Part shown: piece after piece, positions 43,661-54,462 of the stretch
Layout of the letters: the number at the start of each line of letters is the position of its first letter
Position numbering within the stretch: position 1 is the stretch's first letter
NCBI GenBank assembly: GCA_038231135.1
Contig: JBBRLX010000004.1
Span: 1 to 64,000, forward strand
DNA length: 64,000 bases
Reading direction: 5' to 3'
Origin: Candidatus Eiseniibacteriota bacterium
GTDB lineage: Bacteria; Eisenbacteria; RBG-16-71-46
Notes under the pieces: generated by a model
The model's input: the letters and a program-made list of their open reading frames with translations, nothing else
Database searches by the model: none
What the model was told of the DNA's origin: nothing
Position numbers and translations under genes: made by a program

Positions 43661-44497
43661 TCAAGGCAATTCTTGGAACACCTCGGGGGTTCCGCCGGCC
43701 GCCGTCCGAGCCGCGTGCAGCTCCGCGGCGGCAACCGACCGCACCGGGACGCCGGGGGGTGCTCCGCTTCCGGCGGCCGACGGGGCGGGTTCCGGCCCGC
43801 GGAACAGCAGCTGGGCACGGACGTCGTCGCCGGACGTGAACGTGATCCAGTACATCGCGTCCGTCACGATCGCGCCGCCCGCATCGCGGCCGTCCCACAC
43901 GATGCTGGCCAGGCCGCCCAGCGCTAGATCCGAAAACAGCGTGCGCACCCTGCGCCCGCCCAGGTCGAGCACGGCGATCGTGATCGGCTCGATCCGCGGG
44001 ACTTCGAAATACACGGTGGTGGTGTCGGGCGACGGATTCGGCGCGGGATACAGGTCGCCGAGTGCCGCGAGCCGCAGCGTGTCGCGGACCACGAGATCCT
44101 GGTTCACGACCGTGAGCTTCTCGGTGGTGTCTGCGATCGCACCGACGACCCGGGTGCGCGCAATGTAGCCGCCGGGACCCAGCCCCGAGAACTTGTAGAT
44201 TCCCTTCACGGTGGTGGTGACACCCACGATCCGGCTGCCGAACGCCAGCTCGACCTGCACGCCGTCGGCATTCCCCACGACCTTGGTGCCGGCGAAGTGG
44301 CCGCTCGCCTGCGTGAGGTATCCCGTCAGCTTGACGTGGCCTTCGATCGAATACAGGCGTGGTGCCTCGGGACTCGTGGAACAGCCGGCCGCCACCAGCA
44401 CCGCCACGAGACCCGCGAGAACCCACGGCCGGTACCGGGGCCCGGCCGGGTCGGAACCGTCACGGCGGTCCGGGCGCGCACTGCGGTTCCATGCCAT
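43661..44497 (-). CDS. Lipoprotein with carboxypeptidase-regulatory-like and FlgD-like Ig domains
   Basis: Lipobox VAAGC, G.YKFSGLGPGGY and PNP..DLGGRRVRTL..WDGRDAGG. Confidence 0.7.
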   Translation of the reverse strand: MAWNRSARPDRRDGSDPAGPRYRPWVLAGLVAVLVAAGCSTSPEAPRLYSIEGHVKLTGYLTQASGHFAGTKVVGNADGVQVELAFGSRIVGVTTTVKGIYKFSGLGPGGYIARTRVVGAIADTTEKLTVVNQDLVVRDTLRLAALGDLYPAPNPSPDTTTVYFEVPRIEPITIAVLDLGGRRVRTLFSDLALGGLASIVWDGRDAGGAIVTDAMYWITFTSGDDVRAQLLFRGPEPAPSAAGSGAPPGVPVRSVAAAELHAARTAAGGTPEVFQELP

Positions 44498-44658
44498 ACC
44501 AAGGATCCTAACGAATTTACGCCGCCACCGGCGGGAAATCGCAGCCCCTGGCGTGGCAACGCGGCGGCCTTGCGCTTCGCGATCAAATGCCTCGAGCGCC
44601 GCCCGCGCTCGAGTCGCCACGCGGGACGGTCGAGATCCGGTAGCGGGAGGGTGGCGGG

Positions 44659-45354
44659 TTACTTCGCCGGGGCGGGCAGCGCCCTCAGGAACTCCGCGGC
44701 CTCGTCGGACAGGTTCGGCGACCAGTGGCCGAACAGCAGCTTCTTCACCGGCACCGGCTGCCCGTAGAACGCAGCGATCGCCTTGTCGTCGGCCGACAGC
44801 CGCGCGCCCTCGAGCGAGATGCCCGCGAACAATCCCTTGGACCTGCCGTACGAATAGATCTCGGAGTTCAGGTTGAGGTCAGTGCTGGCCTCACCGCCGC
44901 GGCCCACCGGGCCGGCCGCCACGCTCGCCTTGCCACCCAGCGTGAACTTGCTGTCGAGCAGCGATCGCGCGCTCTTCTCGGTCATGAAGAACAGCACGAC
45001 ATCGCTCTTCTCGACCCCGATCTGAAAGCCCATGCTGCCGCCGGTGAGCCGCAGGAACGCGGGAGGGCTCCAGGCACCCGAATCGTTGCGGCAGCTCACC
45101 ACGCCCTGGCCGAACCGCGCACCGTAGCCGAGCGCTCCCTTGATCACACCGGGAATGACGGCGACGCACTTGCACCGTTCGAGCAGCGCCTGGGGCACGG
45201 AGCTGTCCGGGGCGCTCATGATCTCCTGGTAGGCGTTGCGTGCATCGTTGAGGCGTACCCCGAGCTTGTACGCCAGCGGCTCCTCGGCGCGGACCGTGTG
45301 GGCCCCCGCGAGGACGGCGGCGAATACGAGTGCGACGGTCGAAAGTCGTTTCAT
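44659..45354 (-). CDS. Ysc84/SYLF lipid-binding domain protein
   Basis: Signal peptide, VIPGVIKG, G.GVVSCR, WSPP, GGS.GFQIG and SKGLFAGISLEG motifs. Confidence 0.9.
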   Translation of the reverse strand: MKRLSTVALVFAAVLAGAHTVRAEEPLAYKLGVRLNDARNAYQEIMSAPDSSVPQALLERCKCVAVIPGVIKGALGYGARFGQGVVSCRNDSGAWSPPAFLRLTGGSMGFQIGVEKSDVVLFFMTEKSARSLLDSKFTLGGKASVAAGPVGRGGEASTDLNLNSEIYSYGRSKGLFAGISLEGARLSADDKAIAAFYGQPVPVKKLLFGHWSPNLSDEAAEFLRALPAPAK

Positions 45355-45598
45355 GGCAACACTCCCTGTTTGGAACGAGTGATGGCACGCGGGCATCCGC
45401 GCGGATCCGGGCAGGTGCAAAGAGTCGTTCGGAGCACTCATTCCGGGCTTGCATCGCAAATTCAGGTCATTCTAAGCTCACGGCAGGGCGATGCCGGCCA
45501 CTCGGGGCTCGCGCGCACCTCTTGGGCAGCAAGCGGCGTCGGCGAGTCCACGCGGTTCACGGTGGCCACTGACGCCGCGTTTGTTTGCCGCCCGCACG

Positions 45599-46849
45599 TT
45601 AGACGCGGCTCGGAGCCGCAGGGTGCGCCCGCGTTGTGGACGGCGGCCGGGCCCCAAGCCGCGCGATGGCGGCGATCCCGCATGCGGGGCCCAGCGCCAG
45701 CACAGTGAACGCCCAGCGCCAGCCGGTATGGGCGACCAGCACGGGCAGCCCCTGGATCGTGACCGTGGTGAGCAGGAACCCCACCGAGGTCTGGAGCGTC
45801 AGCGCCGTCCCCACCGCGTGACGCGGCGCGTACTCGGTCACCATGGCGCTGAACTGCGCCGAATCGGCGACGACGAAGAATCCCCACACCAGCACGAGCG
45901 GCATCAGCAGCCACGGACTCGCGCCGAACACCAGGCCGACCGTGAGGCAGCATGCGCCGCTCGCCGCCATCGCGATCGTCACCACCCGGGAGTAGCCGAG
46001 GCCGCCCGCGGCCCAGCCGCCCCATACGCATCCGCCGGCGCCGGCCACCAGCACGAAGAATGTCGCGAGGTCCGCGGCCCGCCGGTCGGGTGCGGCGCCC
46101 GCGGCGGCGAACCCGGCGGCCAGGAACGCCGGCATCCAGGTCCACATCGCGTACAGCTCCCACATGTGCCCGAGGTATCCCGACGTGGCGAGGCGGGTCT
46201 CGCGATGGCGCACGACGTCGGCCACCAGCTTCCAGTCGAACGGCCGGCGCTCGAACGGATACGGACCGTCGTGGTACAGCGTCGCGATCATCACCGCGGC
46301 GCCCACCGCCCCGAGCGAGGGCAGCGTGACCACATAGAACACGTCGGGATCGCCGAGCGCGTGGACGAGGTAGGGGATGCCCTTGCCGATCCCGAGTGCG
46401 CCCACGAGCACGCCGATCGCGAGTCCGCGGCGTTCGCGGAACCACGTGGCCGCCATCTTCATCCCCGGCGGATACACACCGGCGAGGAAGCAGCCCGTGG
46501 CGAACCTCGACACCAGGGCGCCGCCGTAGCCCGGCGCGGCGAGCAGCGACAGATTCGCGAGGCTCGCGAGCAGCGCCGAGACGGCGAAGTAGTTTCGCGC
46601 CGGCCACAGGTCCGCGAGATTGAGCACCGCGGCGGACGCCGTGCCCACAACGAATCCGAGCTGCACCGCGGTGGTGAGCCAGCCGAGCTGTCCCGCGTCG
46701 AGCCCCCAGCGCGCGCCGAGCTGGATGCGCGCCGCGTTGGCGGCGAACCACAACGACATGCCGAGCAACTCCGCCGCCGCGAGCAGCGCAAGCATGCGCC
46801 ACGGCGTGGCGGACTGCGGAGTCGCATCGGACACGGGCGCGTGGGTCAT
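45599..46849 (-). CDS. MFS transporter
   Basis: SLWF, VQLGFVVG, LAGVYPPGMK, GHMWELYAMW and ADSAQFSA motifs; 12 TM segments. Confidence 0.9.
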   Translation of the reverse strand: MTHAPVSDATPQSATPWRMLALLAAAELLGMSLWFAANAARIQLGARWGLDAGQLGWLTTAVQLGFVVGTASAAVLNLADLWPARNYFAVSALLASLANLSLLAAPGYGGALVSRFATGCFLAGVYPPGMKMAATWFRERRGLAIGVLVGALGIGKGIPYLVHALGDPDVFYVVTLPSLGAVGAAVMIATLYHDGPYPFERRPFDWKLVADVVRHRETRLATSGYLGHMWELYAMWTWMPAFLAAGFAAAGAAPDRRAADLATFFVLVAGAGGCVWGGWAAGGLGYSRVVTIAMAASGACCLTVGLVFGASPWLLMPLVLVWGFFVVADSAQFSAMVTEYAPRHAVGTALTLQTSVGFLLTTVTIQGLPVLVAHTGWRWAFTVLALGPACGIAAIARLGARPPSTTRAHPAAPSRV

Positions 46850-47073
46850 GGCGGCGCACCTTACGCGAGCGACCCGCCGGAAGCCACGCGCGACCGGTCC
46901 TTGGTCCTCGCGCGCCGCGTCGCGTTGCGCGTGCCGACGCCCCACATCCGCGCGGGTGCCGCCGCCCGCCCGAATCCTGGCGTGTGCCGCCGGCCCGCGC
47001 TCGCCGAACACCCGGATGGCCACCCCTTGCGGGATGGCCATCGGGAATCGGTTTCGTGCGGCTTACGGATCGC

Positions 47074-50000
47074 CTAGCGGAACAGCACGATCTTCCTGCT
47101 CGACACCCGCTCGCCGGACGCCAGCCGGACGAAGTAGGCGCCTGCCGGCAGTGGGCGACCGCCCTCGCCGCGTCCGTCCCACCGCACGGAACTCATGCCG
47201 GCCTGGACGGTGCCCGAGACGAGCGTCCGCACGCGCTGACCACCGAGCGTGTAGACGGCGAGGTTCGCGTTGCCGGCCTTCGACATCGCGTACGCGATGA
47301 CCATGCCGTTGCGCGCCGGATTGGGTGCGGCCGCATAGATGCCGAAGTCCACACCCTTGAGATTCGGCAGCACGTCGGCATTGGCCCACTGGCACTGCTC
47401 GGCGCACACGTCGATCGTGCCGGGAACTCCGTCACACACGAACGTGACGCTGAAGCAGCACGACAGGTTGGGCGCGCTCGTGGGAATCGCCACGCTGATC
47501 CAGCCCGTCCAGCCCGGCGGGACCGGGTTCGGAGCGGGCGTGAAGTTCTCGTTCAACAGCGTGGCGTTCCAGCCCGGACACAGACCGGCGATCGACCACG
47601 TCGCGCCGGCGGAATTGTTGCAGAACACCAGCGTGTGGATGTGGCTCGAACCGGAACCCGGACGCACCAGCAGCTGGGTGAAGTGGCGACCCACCTGTCC
47701 GGAGCCACCCGGGCCGTTCCAGTTGATGTCGACGTTGCCCGACCAGCTCGTGTCGGGCGGACACGGCGACCCGGGCGCGGGACCGCCACCGGGCAGCCGT
47801 TCCTGAGGCTGGGGCGGCAACTGCGCCAGTGGCACTTCGATGAACACGTCGAAGAAGCTCGACGGCTGGATCGGCGGCACGTCGAACGTCCCGATCGTCC
47901 CCGCGTCGGGCAGGAACACTCCGAACTGCTGGGAGTGCATCGTTCCGCTCACCGGATCCGTGGGGTTATTGGCATCGGGATTCGACCAGCGCATGTGGAA
48001 CCGGATGCTGCTTGTGCCGGCAACCCGCGCCCAGTCCACGACTCCGAGCACCGGCTTCTTCGGGCCGCAGTTGCAGGTGTAGGCGCACACGTCGATCACA
48101 CCCGGAGTGCCGTTGCACGTGAAGACGACCTTGAAGCAGCAGGTCGTGGGAATCGGCGTTCCCGCGGGCGCCTGCACGGCGAGCAGTCCGACCCAGCCCG
48201 GCGGCACCGGATTCGGCGCCGGCGTGAGATCGGTGTTGAGCAGCGTGGCGCTGAACCCCGGGCACAGGCCCGCAATGGTCCACGACGCGCCGACCGCGCT
48301 CTGGCAGTCGGTCTCGATGAACAGGGTGGTGGGTGCGGCACCCGGACACACCGGCATCTCGCCGAAGTGCTTGAATGCCTGCCCCGGCCCGCCGGTCCCG
48401 TTCCAGGTGATGTTGACGTTGCCGTGCCAGTGGTCGGTGACGCACGGGTTCGGCGTGCCCGCCGTGCTGCCGGGCACCGTCAGCGCCGGTTCGGGCGGCA
48501 GCTGCGACCTGTCGATGTCCAGGAACACGTCGAAGAAGCTCGACGGGGCGATCGCCGGAACGCTGAATGGCCCGATCGGGCCGAAGTCCGGCAGGAACAC
48601 GCCGAGCGCCTGCGAATTCATCGTGCCGCTCACGGGTCCCGACGACGAACCGGCGTCCGGGTTCGTCCAATGCTGATGGAAGTGGACCGTCGAGCCGGTG
48701 TTCGTCCAGTCGACCGAGGACAGCGTCGGCGGATGCGAACCGCCGCACTGGCAGGCGGTCGAGCAGATGTTGATCGTGGCCGTGGCGCCGTTGCACTGGA
48801 ACACCACGCCGAAGCAGCAGCTGGCGCCGGAAGGAACGGACCCGGCCGCCGTGATCGAGATGAAGCCCGACCAGCCCACCGGCACGGGATTGGGCGCCGG
48901 CGTAAGGTTCTCGTTCACCAGCGTCACGGTGAAGCCGGGGCACACGCCGACGAGCGACCACGGCATCGGCGACGTGCAGTTGCTGGGCCGGAAGTGGATG
49001 TAGGACGGCGCACCGCCCGCACATGTGAGCAGGTCGGCGTAGTGCCGGTTGACCTGGCCCGACTGCCCGGAGCCCGACCACTGGATGTCGACGTTACCCG
49101 CCCAGTTGGTGTCGGGCGGGCAATCCGACAGCGTCGCCGGACCGCGGTGGCGCATGGACGCGGCGAGCGCCGGGACGCCACCGGACCCGCCGATCAGCTT
49201 CTGCGGCGCCGGGGGGAGCGAGGACAGCGGAACCTCGAAGAACACATCGAAGAAACTGCTGGGCTGGAGCGGGGGCACATTGAACTGGCCGATCTGCCCG
49301 GCATCCGGCAGGAACACGCCGAATTCCTGCGACGACATCGATCCGCTGATCGGCGGCGACATCGCGTCGTTGTCCAGGTTCTGCCAGCGGATGTGGAACT
49401 TGATGTCGGTCGTGCCACTCACGGGCAGCCAGTCGATCGCCGTCGGAGACAACACGCCGACGCAGCCATTGCCGCCGGTCGGGATTTCACCGACCTCGCC
49501 GGCTGTGCGCTGATAGGTACCCGGCCGCGCAAGCGCCGTGCCGCTGCCGAGATTGGACTGACTCGCGGCGGGCGTGTCGGGCAGAAATGCCGATGCGATC
49601 GCTCCCGCGTCGGGACCGTCGATCGAAATCCCGGTCTTGTCCATCTTGGGATTCGAGGGCGAGGTGGCGCCCCAGCTCGCGTAGTCGACGTCACACACGC
49701 GGTCGGACACGCCGTCCCAGCAGAACAACATCACCCACTCGCCATTCGTGGCGCTGGGATTGGTGAACATGCCGCCGGTGACCGGGAAGACGGAGCCGGT
49801 CGCGACGTTGACCATGTCGTCGCTGGTATTGCCGTTCGTATTGGTCATTTCGAGGAAGTACTGGGCGCCGGGCGCGCTGGCGCCGCTCGCGGCGAAGCCG
49901 GTCTTGGTCACGCAGACCACCGCCGTGCGGCCCGGGTTGAGCGAGAGCCCGGCGGGGAACTTGAGCGCGAAGTCGCTGGTGTTCGCCACGGCGAACGGAC

Positions 50001-50355
50001 CGTTGACAACCTTGTAGTAGCCGATGTCATCGCTGAGGTACTTGCCATCCAGCGATACCGGCTTGGTGGTGGGGTTGTAGATCTCGACGAACTCGCTCGA
50101 ATCGGGAGCGCCGCCGGCCGCGGCGAGGCTGGCGCCGCGAACGCCGACTTCGCTGATCAGCAGATGCGTGCCCGAGAGACCACCGGGAACCGTGCCTGGC
50201 GTGGGTAGCGCCGTGGTCCAACCGCCGCCCGTGGCGGCGAAATTCTCACTGGTTTCATTGTGCCCGCCGATCGTACACGTCTGGGGCCACGCCGCTGTGG
50301 CGAACCCCGCGATTCCGATCAGGGCCGTCGTCAGAAACGTACACAACCGCTTCAT
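47074..50355 (-). CDS. Large secreted protein: lamin-tail domain, three Cys-rich repeats, FlgD-like C-terminal domain
   Basis: Signal peptide and AGGAG RBS. LLISEV..EFVEIYNPT (LTD). Three repeats of about 220 aa. C-terminal PNP..GQRVRTL..WDG..AGAYF. Confidence 0.85.
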   Translation of the reverse strand: MKRLCTFLTTALIGIAGFATAAWPQTCTIGGHNETSENFAATGGGWTTALPTPGTVPGGLSGTHLLISEVGVRGASLAAAGGAPDSSEFVEIYNPTTKPVSLDGKYLSDDIGYYKVVNGPFAVANTSDFALKFPAGLSLNPGRTAVVCVTKTGFAASGASAPGAQYFLEMTNTNGNTSDDMVNVATGSVFPVTGGMFTNPSATNGEWVMLFCWDGVSDRVCDVDYASWGATSPSNPKMDKTGISIDGPDAGAIASAFLPDTPAASQSNLGSGTALARPGTYQRTAGEVGEIPTGGNGCVGVLSPTAIDWLPVSGTTDIKFHIRWQNLDNDAMSPPISGSMSSQEFGVFLPDAGQIGQFNVPPLQPSSFFDVFFEVPLSSLPPAPQKLIGGSGGVPALAASMRHRGPATLSDCPPDTNWAGNVDIQWSGSGQSGQVNRHYADLLTCAGGAPSYIHFRPSNCTSPMPWSLVGVCPGFTVTLVNENLTPAPNPVPVGWSGFISITAAGSVPSGASCCFGVVFQCNGATATINICSTACQCGGSHPPTLSSVDWTNTGSTVHFHQHWTNPDAGSSSGPVSGTMNSQALGVFLPDFGPIGPFSVPAIAPSSFFDVFLDIDRSQLPPEPALTVPGSTAGTPNPCVTDHWHGNVNITWNGTGGPGQAFKHFGEMPVCPGAAPTTLFIETDCQSAVGASWTIAGLCPGFSATLLNTDLTPAPNPVPPGWVGLLAVQAPAGTPIPTTCCFKVVFTCNGTPGVIDVCAYTCNCGPKKPVLGVVDWARVAGTSSIRFHMRWSNPDANNPTDPVSGTMHSQQFGVFLPDAGTIGTFDVPPIQPSSFFDVFIEVPLAQLPPQPQERLPGGGPAPGSPCPPDTSWSGNVDINWNGPGGSGQVGRHFTQLLVRPGSGSSHIHTLVFCNNSAGATWSIAGLCPGWNATLLNENFTPAPNPVPPGWTGWISVAIPTSAPNLSCCFSVTFVCDGVPGTIDVCAEQCQWANADVLPNLKGVDFGIYAAAPNPARNGMVIAYAMSKAGNANLAVYTLGGQRVRTLVSGTVQAGMSSVRWDGRGEGGRPLPAGAYFVRLASGERVSSRKIVLFR

Positions 50356-50701
50356 GGGGACTCCTGCAAGGGGTGGAATTTCGGGTGATGGATGGGACGC
50401 CGGGATCGGAGCGTGGTCGAAGTTTTCAGCGAGCGACCTCCTGCGACGCGGGTCCCGAGAGGCAGGCATGACGGCTCGGGTCGCGAGGGAATGGTCGGGC
50501 CGCCCGACTCGAGGAATCGATCAGGCGATGCACCGCGGAGAGCGGGCATGAGGGGCATGGGACGGCCTCGACAGGGGACTGCGATGGGACCGTTTCATGA
50601 TTCCGAGATCCCAGAATGGGACATGGTCATCCCCGTGAACGGTCCAGGCAAGGGAAATCGTCAAGATTCGTAAAACCCGTTGCGATCCCCTATACAATAG
50701 A

Positions 50702-50733
50702 CCCTCCGGAGCAACCTTAGCCGCTCCGGAGGG
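50702..50733 (-). terminator. Hairpin downstream of the lipoprotein gene
   Basis: CCCTCCGGAGC-N10-GCTCCGGAGGG stem. Confidence 0.55.
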
Positions 50734-50742
50734 ACCTCGGGC

Positions 50743-51105
50743 CTACTGTTTCGGGGTAAACCGCCGGTGTTCCTGGATCGCCGCCACCGAGGCGCTGCCA
50801 AGCGTGAACGCCGAGCGGAATTCGCCCTCGACGCCGACCTGGGCTCCGGTCCGCGGGGCGCCGTTGGTGCTTGTCACCACCGAGATCGTGCCGGTGCCGT
50901 CGTTCACCCGGTAGCCGCCGAACCCGAGCACCGCCGCCGACTCCTCGACGTTGCCTGCGATCCGCACGATGGTCTTGTCGAACCGCGACGGGTCGTCGAG
51001 CAGGGTCTTGATGGGAGTGACGCCCGCGCCACCTTTGCAGCCGGCGAGGGCGAGGACGGCGAACGCGAGCAGCGCGGCGGTGCGGATTCCGGGACGACGG
51101 GGCAT
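50743..51105 (-). CDS. OB-fold lipoprotein
   Basis: Lipobox LAGC, TPIKTLLDDP..F....VRI.G.V and Y.V.DGTG.I.V. GGAGG RBS upstream. Confidence 0.8.
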   Translation of the reverse strand: MPRRPGIRTAALLAFAVLALAGCKGGAGVTPIKTLLDDPSRFDKTIVRIAGNVEESAAVLGFGGYRVNDGTGTISVVTSTNGAPRTGAQVGVEGEFRSAFTLGSASVAAIQEHRRFTPKQ

Positions 51106-51200
51106 GGCAACCTCCACCTGGGAAACCTCGAGAAACGGGAGCGGTCGAACGCACTCTAGAACGCCGCCGGTGGGTTGTCGAAATCACATTCGCCCTGGCA

Positions 51201-53273
51201 TCAACCCCCGACCCGCGCCAGCCCGGCGCGGGCGTCGGGGTCGGCGGGATTCGCCTCGAGCCCGCGTTCATAGGCCCGCCGGGCCGCAACTCGGTCGCCC
51301 AGCATCTCGTACGCCGCGCCGCGCAGCGCGTCGAGGCCACCCGCGTCGGGATGCAGTTCGCGCTCGCGCTGGACCTCGCGCAGCGCGTCCCGCGGGCGTT
51401 GCTGACCGAGCGCCACGCGGCCGAGCAGCTCGTGGACCCGCGGCAGGAACGGCTGCTTCGCGAGAGCGCGTTCGAGGTCGCGCCGCGCGTCGTCGTTGCG
51501 GCCGTCCATCATGGCCAGGATCCCGAGCATGTGGCGCGCGGCGCCGTCCTCGCCCGAGGCGGCTGCCATGCGTTCGAGTTCGGCGCGAACCCGCGCGCGG
51601 TACGCGGTGTCGGCCACCGCCGCGGGGACGACCTGCATGCGGCGGACGATGCCGGCCGGCAGCAACCGGTACGCGAACGCGTTCGCGATCGGCGCCAGGC
51701 GGCGGGTGCGGCGCACCAGCACCTCGGCGGCATCGTCCGCGAACACCAGGGCCCAGCTCGAATCGGCATCAAGCACGTCGGGCAGCCGGTCGCCCGGATC
51801 CTGATCGCGGGCGAGCACGACGATGTCGAACCCGTAGCGCCGGTCGAGCGCATGCCACGCCGCCGGGTCCACGAACACCCGCGGATAGCGGGCGCGGATC
51901 TCGGGGCGGATGTTCTCCGGCTGGGTGGTGACGAACGGCAGCCGCCCGCGTCCGGGCCAGGCGCGATAGGCGAGGTAGCCGCCGAGCTGGAATGGATTGA
52001 ACATGCGGCCCTCGATGTCGTGGCGCTCGAGGAACGCCGCCGCCGCCGAGGGCACCAGCGACGGCTCGATGCCGATCGCGAGCGGCAGCTCCGGACGCCG
52101 CCATTCGGCGACGCCCAGCGCGAGGCATGCGACCGCCGCCGTCGCCGCGCGCGTCCACACCGGCCGCGTCCATGCCGGCCAGCGCAACTCCCGCACGAGC
52201 GCTTCGAGATCGCGCGCCACGAACGGCGCCGCCATCAGCGCGTAGAACCCGAGGAAGCGTTGCGAGGAGATGCCCAGGTACGTGAACGCGAGGCACGCGA
52301 GCACGTCCGCCAGATCGAGCCCCGAACGCCGCCACCGTGCGATCGCGAGCAGCGGCCACGCCGCGACCAACAGCGGCAGACCGTCGGTGCGATGCGCCTG
52401 CCAGTTCACCGGCAGCAGCTCCACGACGTTGCGGAACATCGGCTCGTGACGCCAGCGGAACGCGAACTCGAACGGCTGGATGAGCGCCCGCGCGCCGAAC
52501 GGATTCACGAACGACACTGCGGCGCACGCGGCGCCGATCCACAGGAACCGCCGCAGCGCCGCGCCGCGTACCGGGCGGCCGCGCTCCGCGTCGAGGGCGT
52601 GGATGCCGAGCACGAGGAACAGCAGCCAGTACGAGATGTGGACGTTGGCCCACACCAGCGCGAGCGGGATCAGCCAGCGGCGATGGTCGCGCCCGCCGTT
52701 CCGCCACGTCTCGAGGATCCACACCTCGGCCGCGAGCAGCACCGCGACCAGGCTCTCGGGCCTTACCTCGGCGCGCAACCGGTAGACCAGCGCCGCCCAC
52801 GCGATGACCACGAACGCGAGGACGCCGCGGGCGCCCATGCGCCGCGCGGCGAGACCGAGCAGCGCGAACGTCGTGAGCGTCGTGAGCCAGCGGAACACGA
52901 ACAGCCCCGGGATGCCGGCTACGGCCCACACCGGCCACAGCAGCGCGCGAAACCCCCACGATGTGGTGATCTGCGGATCGCCGAAGCCCACCCACGTCCA
53001 TTGGTCGGTGGCAGGGATCGCGTGGCGCGCCCAGATGGCCTTGCCCACCACGAGCAACTGCCAGAGATCGGTGTCGTGGATCCGGTAGGACACCGAGAGC
53101 ACGATCGAGATCGCGGCGGCGAGACCCAGGAGCAGCGCCGCGGGATGACGCAGCGCAAGGGGGGGCGCGGGCTCCGGCGGGTGAGCGGAAACGCCGCGAG
53201 CCCGGCCGCCTGGGGACGGGCTCGCGGGGGCCCGCCGCTCGGGCGGGCGCCGGGACGACGACGATCGGCTCAC
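51201..53273 (-). CDS. Multi-pass membrane protein, GT-C-like, with C-terminal TPR
   Basis: DTDLWQLL..G..I, RPE, WANVH, NPFG and GGYL motifs, then TPR repeats. Confidence 0.75.
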   Translation of the reverse strand: MSRSSSSRRPPERRAPASPSPGGRARGVSAHPPEPAPPLALRHPAALLLGLAAAISIVLSVSYRIHDTDLWQLLVVGKAIWARHAIPATDQWTWVGFGDPQITTSWGFRALLWPVWAVAGIPGLFVFRWLTTLTTFALLGLAARRMGARGVLAFVVIAWAALVYRLRAEVRPESLVAVLLAAEVWILETWRNGGRDHRRWLIPLALVWANVHISYWLLFLVLGIHALDAERGRPVRGAALRRFLWIGAACAAVSFVNPFGARALIQPFEFAFRWRHEPMFRNVVELLPVNWQAHRTDGLPLLVAAWPLLAIARWRRSGLDLADVLACLAFTYLGISSQRFLGFYALMAAPFVARDLEALVRELRWPAWTRPVWTRAATAAVACLALGVAEWRRPELPLAIGIEPSLVPSAAAAFLERHDIEGRMFNPFQLGGYLAYRAWPGRGRLPFVTTQPENIRPEIRARYPRVFVDPAAWHALDRRYGFDIVVLARDQDPGDRLPDVLDADSSWALVFADDAAEVLVRRTRRLAPIANAFAYRLLPAGIVRRMQVVPAAVADTAYRARVRAELERMAAASGEDGAARHMLGILAMMDGRNDDARRDLERALAKQPFLPRVHELLGRVALGQQRPRDALREVQRERELHPDAGGLDALRGAAYEMLGDRVAARRAYERGLEANPADPDARAGLARVGG

Positions 53274-53322
53274 TCCATCAAATTACCGCCTGCCGTCCTC
53301 CGCGCGCGAATGCCGGCGGACC

Positions 53323-54462
53323 TCAGGAGGTGCGCGTCGCCTTCCCCGGCATCACCTGGATGCCGCCCGAGCCGGTGTCCACGTGCAGCGTGCCGCCGCC
53401 CGAGCCGATCGATCCGCGCAGGGTGCCGTGCTCCTTCTTCGTCAGCGTGTGCGGGAGATCGACCCGGACGCCGCCGCTGCCGCTGTCGAGCTCGAAGTCG
53501 GCCGCGTAGTCGCCCGGCACCCGCAGCAACACGCCGCCCGAACCGGTGTCGACGTCGATCTTGCGGGCGCGGTTCACGAATCCAACGCTGACCCGGCCGC
53601 TGCCGGTGTCCACGTGCACGTCGTTCGCGTCGACGCCCTCGGCCATCACGCTGCCCGAACCGGTGTCGACATAGAACACGGTGGCGTGGGCGCGATTCAC
53701 CGCGACGGACCCCGAACCGGTGTCGAGATGGAGCCGGTCACCGTCCGAGTCCTCGACCACCACGCTGCCCGAACCGGTATCGATGTCGAGAGCCCCGCGT
53801 GTGCCGCGGGCCTCCACCGTACCCGAGCCGGTGTCGATCTTGAGCGTGCCGTGGATGTTGTCGCACCGGACCGCGCCCATGCCGGTGTCGAGCCGCAGGT
53901 CGGCGTTGACGCCGGTCGCGACCGCCGCGCCCGCGCCGAGATAGATCTGCACGTTGCGGCCGGCCGGCACCAGGACGCGAAGATCCGCGTGGGCCTCGAT
54001 GCCGCCGCCGCTGCCGTGAACCGTCACGCGATTTCCGAACCCGATGAAATCCTTGCCGCCGAACGTGCCGTCGCGGTGGACTCGCACCGAGGTGTTCGAT
54101 CCGAACCCGATCACGGGATACACCACCTGATTCGCGGGATAGATCACCCGCAGCGTCTGGCGCGATCCGATCGGCCCGGTCTCGATGCGCAGGTCGCCGG
54201 CGTCACGGCCCTGCCGCGTCACCTCGACCACCACCTCGGAGCCGGTGCCGGGCTCCACCCGCAGCGCGCCGGCAATGTTGTAGATGGCGAGATCCGAGCC
54301 CTGCAATGTGAACCGCTCGGCGCTCAGCGCCATGGGCGGGGCGATGACGAGCGACGCGACGAGCAGCAGCGCGAACGCCACCAACAGCAGCAAGCCGATC
54401 GGCACGGCGCCCGGGGCGATGCGCCGCAAAACATGCAACTGATTATGGGTCAATGGTTTCAT
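53323..54462 (-). CDS. DUF4097 (putative adhesin) beta-strand repeat protein
   Basis: N-terminal hydrophobic anchor and about 9 (V/I/L)DTGSG repeats spaced roughly 18-20 aa apart. Confidence 0.85.
   Translation of the reverse strand: MKPLTHNQLHVLRRIAPGAVPIGLLLLVAFALLLVASLVIAPPMALSAERFTLQGSDLAIYNIAGALRVEPGTGSEVVVEVTRQGRDAGDLRIETGPIGSRQTLRVIYPANQVVYPVIGFGSNTSVRVHRDGTFGGKDFIGFGNRVTVHGSGGGIEAHADLRVLVPAGRNVQIYLGAGAAVATGVNADLRLDTGMGAVRCDNIHGTLKIDTGSGTVEARGTRGALDIDTGSGSVVVEDSDGDRLHLDTGSGSVAVNRAHATVFYVDTGSGSVMAEGVDANDVHVDTGSGRVSVGFVNRARKIDVDTGSGGVLLRVPGDYAADFELDSGSGGVRVDLPHTLTKKEHGTLRGSIGSGGGTLHVDTGSGGIQVMPGKATRTS

Noticed and set aside
46984..50208. 1074-aa plus-strand ORF
   Set aside because: Antisense shadow of the Cys-rich secreted protein; Arg/Gly/Ala-rich with no motifs.
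53360..53900. Regularly spaced CCGGTGTC-like nucleotide repeats
   Set aside because: They encode the DTGSG repeats of the DUF4097 protein. They are short and degenerate, and no cas genes are present, so this is not CRISPR.
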